35,589 bases of DNA, taken from the NCBI GenBank assembly GCA_002189035.1, contig NEEC01000281.1, forward strand, positions 1 to 35,589, given 5' to 3'. Under the pieces are notes generated by a model that saw nothing but the letters and a program-made list of their open reading frames with translations, was not told the origin of the DNA and made no database searches. Positions 12,906 to 24,631 of this stretch are shown here, in pieces; positions within the stretch are counted from its first letter, which is position 1, and every line of letters begins with the position of its first letter. The translations under genes were made by a program, and so were the position numbers. Origin of the DNA: Utricularia gibba. Taxonomy: Eukaryota > Plantae > Magnoliophyta.

Positions 12906-15900
12906 GAGTCAGGTGTCCCGAGTCACATTTTCGCGAATGTGGTGGCCACTTCGTTGCACATCTGAAGGCTAATATAAGGCAATCTTTCGAGCATTTGTGC
13001 AGCTCGGACGAACAAGTTCTCAACACGAAAGAAGACCGGCTCGGAACGAGCTTGAAACGGTATGATATGTGCAACATGACTCATCACCATTTGCAAGATA
13101 TCCACTCGATACCGAAGAGTGCACGAGGCCACCATGAGGTTGTGGCTAGGGACACACCCTGGCATCTTAAATGATCATCTCGAAATCCAAATTTCACATT
13201 GTCCCATGAAATACATATGTCTTGCATGTCAAAAATCACATTCGCATCGAGTCAGGTGTCCCGAGTCACATTTTCGCGAATGTGGTGGCCACTTCGTTGC
13301 ACATCTGAAGGCTAATATAAGGCAATCTTTCGAGCATTTGTGCTCTCGGACGAACAAGTTCTCAACACGAAAAAAGACCGGCTCGGAACGAGCTTCGAAA
13401 CGGTATGATTGTGCAACATGACTCATCACCGTTTGCAAGATATCCACTCGATACGAAGAGTGCACGAGGCCACCATGAGGTTGTGGCTAGCACACCATGG
13501 CATCTTAAAGATCATCTCGAAATCCAAATTTCACATCGTCCTGAAATACATATGTTTGCATGTCAAAAATCACATTCGCATCGAGTCAGGTGTCCCGAGT
13601 CACATTTCGCGAATGGTGGCCACTTCGTTGCACATCTGAAGGCTAATATAAGGCAATCTTTCGAGCATTTGTGCAGCCTCGGACGAACAAGTTCTCAACA
13701 CGAAAGAAGACCGGCTCGGAACGAGCTTCGAAACGGTATGATATGTGCAACATGACTCATCACCGTTCGCAAGATATCCACTCGATACCGAAGAGTGCAC
13801 GAGCACCATGAGGTGGTGGCTAGGGACACACCTTAAATGATCATCTCGAAATCCAAATTTCACATCGTCCCATGAAATCATACGTCTTGCATGTCAAAAA
13901 TCAATTCGCATCGAGTCAGGTGTCCCGAGTCACATTTTCGCGAATGTGGTGGCCACTTCGTTGCACATCTGAAGGCTAATATAAGGCAATCTTCGAGCAT
14001 TTGTGCCTCTCGGACGAACAAGTTCTCAACACGAAAGAAGACCGGCTCGGAACGAGCTTCGAAACGGTATGATATGTGCAACATGACTCATCACCGTTCG
14101 CAAGATATCCACTCGATACCGAAGAGTGCACGAGGCCACCATGAGGTGGTGGCTAGGGACACACCCTTAAATGATCATCTCGAAATCCAAAATTTCACAT
14201 CGTCCCATGAAATACATACGTCTTGCATGTCAAAAATCACATTCGCATCGAGTCAGGTGTCCCGAGTCACATTTTCGCGAATGTGGTGGCCACTTCGTTG
14301 CACATCTGAAGGCTAATATAAGGCAATCTTTCGAGCATTTGTGCAGCCTCGGACGAACAAAGTTCTCAACACGAAAGAAGACGGCTCGGAACGAGCTTCG
14401 AAACGGTATGATATGCAACATGACTCATCACCGTTCGCAAGATATCCATCGATACCGAAGAGTGCACGAGGCCACCATGAGGTGTGGCTAGGGACACACC
14501 CTTAAATGATCATCTCGAAATCCAAATTTCACATCGTCCCATGAAATACATACGTCTTGCATGTCAAAAATCACATTCGCATCGAGTCAGGTGTCCCGAG
14601 TCACATTTTCGCGAATGTGGTGGCCACTTCGTTGCACATCTGAAGGCTAATATAAGGCAATCTTTCGAGCATTTGTGCAGCTCGGACGAACAAGTTCTCA
14701 ACACGAAAGAAGACCGGCTCGGAACGAGCTTCGAAACGGTATGATATGTGCAACATGACTCATCACCGTTCGCAAGATATCCACTCGATACCGAAGAGTG
14801 CACGAGGCCACCATGAGGTGTGGCTAGGGACACACCCTTAAATGATCATCTCGAAATCCAAAATTTTCACATCGTCCCATGAAATACATACGTCTTGCAT
14901 GTCAAAAATCACATTCGCATCGAGTCAGGTGTCCCGAGTCACATTTTCGCGAATGTGGTGGCCACTTCGTTGCACATCTGAAGGCTAATATAAGGCAATC
15001 TTTCGAGCATTTGTGCAGCTCGGACGAACAAGTTCTCAACACGAAGAAGACCGGCTCGGAACGAGCTTCGAAACGGTATGATATGTGCAACATGACTCAT
15101 CACCGTTCGCAAGATATCCACTCGATACCGAAGAGTGCACGAGGCCACCATGAGGTGTGGCTAGGGACACACCCTGGCATCTTAAATGATCATCTCGAAA
15201 TCCAAATTTCACATCGTCCCATGAAATAATACGTCTTGCATGTCAAAAATCACATTCGCATCGAGTCAGGTGTCCCGAGTCACATTTCGCGAATGTGGTG
15301 GCCACTTCGTTGCACATCTGAAGGCTAATATAAGGCAATCTTTAGCATTTGTGCAGCCTCGGACGAACAAGTTCTCAACACGAAAGAAGACCGGCTCGGA
15401 ACGAGCTTCGAAACGGTATGATATGTGCAACATGACTCATCACCGTTCGCAAGATATCCACTCGATACCGAAGAGTGCACGAGGCCACCATGAGGTGGTG
15501 GCTAGGGACACACCCTTAAATGATCATCTCGAAATCCAAAATTTCACATCGTCCATGAAATACATACGTCTTGCATGTCAAAAATCACATTCGCATCGAG
15601 TCAGGTGTCCCGAGTCACATTTTCGCGAATGTGGTGGCCACTTCGTTGCACATCTGAAGGCTAATATAAGGCAATCTTTCGAGCATTTGTGCAGCCTCGG
15701 ACGAACAAGTTCTCAACACGAAAGAAGACTGGCTCGGAACGAGCTTCGAAACGGTATGATATGTGCAACATGACTCATCACCGTTCGCAAGATATCCACT
15801 CGATACCGAAGAGTGCACGAGGCCACCATGAGGTTGTGGCTAGGGACACACCCATCTTAAATGATCATCTCGAAATCCAAATTTCACATCGTCCCATGAA

Positions 15901-17435
15901 ATACATACGTCTTGCATGTCAAAAATCACATTCGCATCGAGTCAGGTGTCCCGAGTCACATTTTCGCGAACGTGGTGGCCACTTCGTTGCACATCTGAAG
16001 GCTAATATAAGGCAATCTTTCGAGCATTTGTGCAGCCTCGGACGAACAAGTTCTCAACACGAAAGAAGACCGGCTCGGAACGAGCTTCGAAACGGTATGA
16101 TATGTGCAACATGACTCATCACCGTTTGCAAGATATCCACTCGATACCGAAGAGTGCACGAGGCCACCATGAGGTTGTGGCTAGGGACACACCCATCTTA
16201 AATGATCATCTCGAAATCCAAATTTCACATCGTCCCATGAAATACATACGTCTTGCATGTCAAAAATCACATTCGCATCGAGTCAGGTGTCCCGAGTCAC
16301 ATTTTCGCGAACGTGGTGGCCACTTCGTTGCACATCTGAAGGCTAATATAAGGCAATCTTTCGAGCATTTGTGCCTCTCGGACGAACAAGTTCAACACGA
16401 AAGAAGACCGGCTCGGAACGAGCTTCGAAACGGTATGATATGTGCAACATGACTCATCACCGTTCGCAAGATATCCACTCGATACCGAAGAGTGCACGAG
16501 GCCACCATGAGGTGTGGCTAGGGACACACCCTGGCATCTTAAATCATCTCGAAATCCAAATTTCACATCGTCCCATGAAATACATACGTCTTGCATGTCA
16601 AAAATCACATTCGCATCGTCAGGTGTCCCGAGTCACATTTCGCGAATGGTGGCCACTTCGTTGCACATCTGAAGGCTAATATAAGGCAATCTTTCGAGCA
16701 TTTGTGCAGCCTCGGACGAACAAGTTCTCACACGAAAGAAGACCGGCTCGGAACGAGCTTCGAAACGGTATGATATGTGCAACATGACTCATCACCGTTC
16801 GCAAGATATCCACTCGATACCGAAGAGTGCACGAGGCCACCATGAGGTGGTGGCTAGGGACACACCCTTAAATGATCATCTCGAAATCCAAAATTTCACA
16901 TCGTCCCATGAAATACATACGTCTTGCATGTCAAAAATCATTCGCATCGAGTCAGGTGTCCCGAGTCACATTTTCGCGAATGTGGTGGCCACTTCGTTGC
17001 ACATCTGAAGGCTAATATAAGGCAATCTTTCGAGCATTTGTGCCCTCGGACGAACAAGTTCTCAACACGAAAGAAGACCGGCTCGGAACGAGCTTCGAAA
17101 CGGTATGATATGTGCAACATGACTCATCACCGTTCGCAAGATATCCACTCGATACCGAAGAGTGCACGAGGCCACCATGAGGTGGTGGCTAGGGACACAC
17201 CCTTAAATGATCATCTCGAATCCAAAATTTCACATCGTCCATGAAATACATACGTCTTGCATGTCAAAAATCACATTCGCATCGAGTCAGGTGTCCCGAG
17301 TCACATTTTCGCGAATGTGGTGGCCACTTCGTTGCACATCTGAAGGCTAATATAAGGCAATCTTTCGAGCATTTGTGCAGCCTCGGACGAACAAGTTCTC
17401 AACACGAAAGAAGACTGGCTCGGAACGAGCTTCGA

Positions 17436-17546
17436 AACGGTATGATATGTGCAACATGACTCATCACCGTTCGCAAGATATCCACTCGATAACGGTTATG
17501 ATATGTGCAACATGACTCATCACCGTTCGCAAGATATCCACTCGAT
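17436..17546 (+). repeat. Internal tandem duplication of 55 bp within one monomer
   Basis: aacggtatgatatgtgcaacatgactcatcaccgttcgcaagatatccactcgat at 17436-17490 is repeated at 17491-17546 with one extra T. Confidence 0.9.
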
Positions 17547-19604
17547 ACCGAAGAGTGCACGAGGCCACCATGAGGTGGTGGCTAGGGACACACCTTAAAT
17601 GATCATCTCGAAATCCAAAATTTCACATCGTCCCATGAAATACATACGTCTTGCATGTCAAAAATCACATTCGCATCGAGTCAGGTGTCCCGAGTCACAT
17701 TTTCGCGAATGTGGTGGCCACTTCGTTGCACATCTGAAGCTAATATAAGGCAATCTTTCGAGCATTTGTGCAGCCTCGGACGAACAAGTTCTCAACACGA
17801 AAGAAGACCGGCTCGGAACGAGCTTCGAAACGGTATGATATGTGCAACATGACTCATCACCGTTCGCAAGATATCCACTCGATACCGAAGAGTGCACGAG
17901 GCCACCATGAGGTGGTGGCTAGGGACACACCTTAAATGATCATCTCGAAATCCAAAATTTCACATCGTCCATGAAATACATACGTCTTGCATGTCAAAAA
18001 TCACATTCGCATCGAGTCAGGTGTCCCGAGTCACATTTCGCGAATGTGGTGGCCACTTCGTTGCACATCTGAAGCTAATATAAGGCAATCTTTCGAGCAT
18101 TTGTGCAGCCTCGGACGAACAAGTTCTCAACACGAAAGAAGACCGGCTCGGAACGAGCTTCGAAACGGTATGATATGTGCAACATGACTCATCACCGTTC
18201 GCAAGATATCCACTCGATACCGAAGAGTGCACGAGGCCACCATGAGGTGGTGGCTAGGGACACACCCTTAAATCATCTCGAAATCCAAAATTTCACATCG
18301 TCCCATGAAATACATACGTCTTGCATGTCAAAAATCACATTCGCATCGAGTCAGGTGTCCCGAGTCACATTTCGCGAATGTGGTGGCCACTTCGTTGCAC
18401 ATCTGAAGGCTAATATAAGGCAATCTTTCGAGCATTTGTGCAGCTCGGACGAACAAGTTCTCAACACGAAAGAAGACCGGCTCGGAACGAGCTTCGAAAC
18501 GGTATGATATGTGCAACATGACTCATCACCGTTCGCAAGATATCCACTCGATACGAAGAGTGCACGAGGCCACCATGAGGTGTGGCTAGGGACACACCCT
18601 TAAATGATCATCTCGAAATCCAAAATTTCACATCGTCCCATGAAATACATACGTCTTGCATGTCAAAAATCACATTCGCATCGAGTCAGGTGTCCCGAGT
18701 CACATTTTCGCGAATGTGGTGGCCACTTCGTTGCACATCTGAAGCTAATATAAGGCAATCTTTCGAGCATTTGTGCAGCCTCGACGAACAAGTTCTCAAC
18801 ACGAAAGAAGACCGGCTCGGAACGAGCTTCGAAACGGTATGATATGTGCAACATGACTCATCACCGTTCGCAAGATATCCACTCGATACCGAAGAGTGCA
18901 CGAGGCCACCATGAGGTGGTGGCTAGGACACACCCTTAAATGATCATCTCGAAATCCAAAATTTCACATCGTCCCATGAAATACATGTCAAAAATCACAT
19001 TCGCATCGAGTCAGGTGTCCCGAGTCACATTTTCGTGTGGTGGCCACTTCGTTGCACATCTGAAGGCTAATATAAGGCAATCTTTCGAGCATTTGTGCAG
19101 CGAACAAGTTCTCAACACGAAAAAGACCGGCTCGGAACGAGCTTCGAAACGGTATGATATGTGCAACATGACTCATCACCGTTCGCAAGATATCCACTCG
19201 ATACCGAAGAGTGCACGAGGCCACCATGAGGTCTAGGGACACACATCTTAAATGATCATCTCGAAATCCAAAATTTCACATCGTCCCATGAAATACATAC
19301 GTCTTGCATGTCAAAAATCACATTCGCATCGAGTCAGGTGTCCCGAGTCACATTTTCGCGAATGTGGTGGCCACTTCGTTGCACATCTGAAGGCTAATAT
19401 AAGGCAATCTTTCGAGCATTTGTGCAGCCTCGGACGAACAAGTTCTCAACACGAAAGAAGACCGGCTCGGAACGAGCTTCGAAACGGTATGATATGTGCA
19501 ACATGACTCATCACCGTTCGCAAGATATCCACTCGATACCGAAGAGTGCACGAGGCCACCATGAGGTGGTGGCTAGGACACACATCTTAAATGATCATCT
19601 CGAA

Positions 19605-21705
19605 ATCCTTAAAAATACATATGTCTTGCATGTCAAAAATCACATTCGCATCGAGTCAGGTGTCCCGAGTCAATTTCACATCGTCCCATGAAATACACAC
19701 GAAAGAAGACCGGCTCGGAACGAGCTTCGAAACGTATGCATGTCAAAAATCACATTCGCATCGACTTCGTTGCACATCTGAAGGCTAATATAAGGCAATC
19801 TTTCGAGCATTTGTGCAGCCTCGTCAGAAACGGTATGATATGTGCAACATGACTCATCACCGTTCGCAAGATATCCACTCGATACCGTGAGGTTGTGGCT
19901 AGGGACACACCCTCATCTCGAAATCCGATGTCAAAAAATCACATTCGCATCGAGTCAGTGTCCCGAGTCGTGGTGGCCACTTCGTTGCACATCTGAAGGC
20001 TAATATAAGGCAATCTTTCGAGCATTTGTGCAGCCTCGGACGAACAAGTTCTCAACACGAAAGAAGACCGGCTCGGAACGAGCTTCGAAACGGTATGATA
20101 TGTGCAACATGACTCATCACCGTTCGCAAGATATCCACTCGATACCGAAGAGTGCACGAGGCCACCATGAGGTGGTGGCTAGGGACACACCTTAAATGAT
20201 CATCTCGAAATCCAAAATTTCACATCGTCCCATGAAATACATACGTCTTGCATGTCAAAAATCACATTCGCATCGAGTCAGGTGTCCCGAGTCACATTTT
20301 CGCGAATGTGGTGGCCACTTCGTTGCACATCTGAAGGCTAATTCGAGCATAAGGCAATCGAGCTTCGAAACGGTATGATATGTGAGCATTTGTGCAGCCT
20401 CGGACGAATGATCAAGTTCTCAACACGATTCGCATCGAAGACGGCTCGGAACGAGCTTCATTTGTGCCTCTCGGACGGTATGATATGTGCAACATGACTC
20501 ATCACCGTTCGCAAGATATCCACTCGATACCGAAGAGTGCACGAGGCCACCATGAGGTGGTGGCTAGGGACATTAAATGATCATCAAAATCGATCGTCCC
20601 ATGAAATACATACGTCTTGCATCAAAAATCACATCATCGAGTCCCATCCCGAGTCACAAATACATACGTCTTGCATGTCAAAAATCACATTCGCATCAAT
20701 CTTTCGAGGTGTGTGAGTCAGCATTTCGCGAATGTGGTGGCCACTTCGCAAATCTGAAGAGGGCAATCTTTCGAGCATTTGTGCAGCCTCGAGACGAACA
20801 AAACGGTTTCAACATGTGCAACATGACTCATCACCGTTCGCAAGATATCCACTCGATACCGAAGAGTGCACGAGGCCACCATGAGGTTGTGGAACGAGCT
20901 TCGAAACACACATCTTATATGTGCAACATGACTCATCACCGTTCGCAAGATCGTCCACATGAAATATACCGAAGAGTGCACGAGGCCACCATGAGGTGGT
21001 GGCTAGGGACACACCTTAAATGATCATCTCGAAATCCAAAATTTCACATCGTCCCATGAAATACATACGTCTTGCATGTCAAAAATCACATTCGCATCGA
21101 GTCAGGTGTCCCGAGTCACATTTCGCGAATGTGGTGGCCACTTCGTTGCACATCTGAAGGCTAATATAAGGCAATCTTTCGAGCATTTGTGCAGCCTCGG
21201 ACGAACAAGTTCTCAACACGAAAGAAGACCGGCTCGGAACGAGCTTCGAAACGGTATGATATGTGCAACATGACTCATCACCGTTCGCAAGATATCCACT
21301 CGATACCGAAGAGTGCACGAGGCCACCATGAGGTGGTGCTAGGGACACACCCCTTAAATGATCATCTCGAAATCCAAAATTTCACATCGTCCCATGAAAT
21401 ACATACGTCTTGCATGTCAAAAATCACATTCGCATCGAGTCAGGTGTCCCGAGTCACATTTCGCGAATGTGGTGGCCACTTCGTTGCACATCTGAAGGCT
21501 AATATAAGGCAATCTTTCGAGCATTTGTGCAGCCTCGGACGAACAAGTTCTCAACACGAAAAGAAGACCGGCTCGGAACGAGCTTCTAGGACACACCCTT
21601 AAATATGATATGTCGCAAATCATGACTCATCACACATCGTTCCCAAAAATACATACTCGATACCGAAGAGTGCACGAGGCAAACCATCACAGGTGGAGTG
21701 GCTAG
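19605..21705 (+). other. Cluster of scrambled monomer patches (19605-19975, 20340-20960, 21585-21705); probable consensus/assembly artefact
   Basis: Shuffled monomer fragments, with repeated restarts of atgtgcaacatgactcatcaccgttcgcaag at ~20473, ~20815 and ~20920. Confidence 0.75.
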
Positions 21706-22385
21706 GGACACACCTTAAATGATCATCTCGAAATCCAAAATTTCACATCGTCCCATGAAATACATACGTCTTGCATGTCAAAAATCACATTCGCATCGAG
21801 TCAGGTGTCCCGAGTCACATTTCGCGAATGTGGTGGCCACTTCGTTGCACATCTGAAGCTAATATAGGCAATCTTTCGAGCATTTGTGCAGCCTCGGACG
21901 AACAAGTTCTCAACACGAAAGAAGACCGGCTCGGAACGAGCTTCGAAACGGTATGATATGTGCAACATGACTCATCACCGTTCGCAAGATATCCACTCGA
22001 TACCGAAGAGTGCACGAGGCCACCATGAGGTGGTGGCTAGGGACACACCTTAAATGATCATCTCGAAATCCAAAATTTCACATCGTCCCATGAAATACAT
22101 ACGTCTTGCATGTCAAAAATCACATTCGCATCGAGTCAGGTGTCCCGAGTCACATTTCGCGAATGTGGTGGCCACTTCGTTGCACATCTGAAGCTAATAT
22201 AAGGCAATCTTTCGAGCATTTGTGCCCTCGGACGAACAAGTTCTCAACACGAAAGAAGACCGGCTCGGAACGAGCTTCGAAACGGTATGATATGTGCAAC
22301 ATGACTCATCACCGTTCGCAAGATATCCACTCGATACCGAAGAGTGCACGAGGCCACCATGAGGTTGTGGCTAGGGACACACCCT

Positions 22386-22945
22386 TAAATGATCATCTCG
22401 AAATCCAAAATTTCACATCGTCCCATGAAATACATACGTCTTGCATGTCAAAAATCACATTCGCATCGAGTCAGGTCCCGAGTCACATTTCGCGAATGTG
22501 GTGGCCACTTCGTTGCACATCTGAAGCTAATATAAGGCAATCTTTCGAGCATTTGTGCAGCCTCGGACGAACAAGTTCTCAACACGAAAGAAGACCGGCT
22601 CGGAACGAGCTTCGAAACGGTATGATATGTGCAACATGACTCATCACCGTTCGCAAGATATCCACTCGATACCGAAGAGTGCACGAGGCCACCATCAGGT
22701 GTCCCGAGTCACATTTTCGCGAACGTGGTGGCCACTTCGTTGCACATCTGAAGGCTAATATAAGGCAATCTTCGAGCATTTGTGCCTCCTCGGACGAACA
22801 AGTTCTCAACACGAAAGAAGACCGGCTCGGAACGAGCTTCGAAACGGTATGATATGTGCAACATGACTCATCACCGTTCGCAAGATATCCACTCGATACC
22901 GAAGAGTGCACGAGGCCACCATGAGGTGTGGCTAGGACACACCCT
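22386..22945 (+). repeat. Monomer pair with a clean ~111 bp deletion across the junction (breakpoint 22695/22696)
   Basis: GAGGCCACCAT joins directly to CAGGTGTCCCG. The two monomers span ~560 bp instead of ~675 bp. Confidence 0.88.
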
Positions 22946-24631
22946 TAAATGATCATCTCGAAATCCAAAATTTCACATCGTCCCATGAAATACATACGTC
23001 TTGCATGTCAAAAATCACATTCGCATCGAGTCAGGTGTCCCGAGTCACATTTTCGCGAACGTGGTGGCCACTTCGTTGCACATCTGAAGGCTAATATAAG
23101 GCAATCTTTCGAGCATTTGTGCAGCCTCGGACGAACAAGTTCTCAACACGAAAGAAGACGGCTCGGAACGAGCTTCGAAACGGTATGATATGTGCAACAT
23201 GACTCATCACCGTTGCAAGATATCCACTCGATACCGAAGAGTGCACGAGGCCACCATGAGGTGGCTAGGGACACACCTTAAATGATCATCTCGAAATCCA
23301 AAATTTCACATCGTCCCATGAAATACATACGTCTTGCATGTCAAAAATCACATTCGCATCGAGTCAGGTGTCCCGAGTCACATTTTCGCGAATGTGGTGG
23401 CCACTTCGTTGCACATCTGAAGGCTAATATAAGGCAATCTTTCGAGCATTTGTGCAGCCTCGGACGAACAAGTTCTCAACACGAAAGAAGACCGGCTCGG
23501 AACGAGCTTCGAAACGGTATGATATGTGCAACATGACTCATCACCGTTCGCAAGATATCCACTCGATACCGAAGAGTGCACGAGGCCACCATGAGGTGTG
23601 GCTAGGACACACCCTTAAATGATCATCTCGAAATCCAAAATTTCACATCGTCCCATGAAATACATACGTCTTGCATGTCAAAAATCACATTCGCATCGAG
23701 TCAGGTGTCCCGAGTCACATTTTCGCGAATGTGGTGGCCACTTCGTTGCACATCTGAAGGCTAATATAAGGCAATCTTTCGAGCATTTGTGCCCTCGGAC
23801 GAACAAGTTCTCAACACGAAAGAAGACCGGCTCGGAACGAGCTTCGAAACGGTATGATATGTGCAACATGACTCATCACCGTTCGCAAGATATCCACTCG
23901 ATACCGAAGAGTGCACGAGGCCACCATGAGGTGTGGCTAGGGACACACCCTTAAATGATCATCTCGAAATCCAAAATTTCACATCGTCCCATGAAATACA
24001 TACGTCTTGCATGTCAAAAATCACATTCGCATCGAGTCAGGTGTCCCGAGTCACATTTTCGCGAAGTGGTGGCCACTTCGTTGCACATCTGAAGGCTAAT
24101 ATAAGGCAATCTTTCGAGCATTTGTGCAGCCTCGGACGAACAAGTTCTCAACACGAAAGAAGACGGCTCGGAACGAGCTTCGAAACGGTATGATATGTGC
24201 AACATGACTCATCACCGTTCGCAAGATATCCACTCGATACCGAAGAGTGCACGAGGCCACCATGAGGTTGTGGCTAGGGACACACCCCATCTTAAATGAT
24301 CATCTCGAAATCCAAAATTTCACATCGTCCCATGAAATACATACGTCTTGCATGTCAAAAATCACATTCGCATCGAGTCAGGTGTCCCGAGTCACATTTT
24401 CGCGAATGTGGTGGCCACTTCGTTGCACATCTGAAGGCTAATATAAGGCAATCTTTCGAGCATTTGTGCAGCCTCGGACGAACAAGTTCTCAACACGAAA
24501 GAAGACCGGCTCGGAACGAGCTTCGAAACGGTATGATATGTGCAACATGACTCATCACCGTTTGCAAGATATCCACTCGATACCGAAGAGTGCACGAGGC
24601 CACCATGAGGTTGTGGCTAGGACACAGCATC

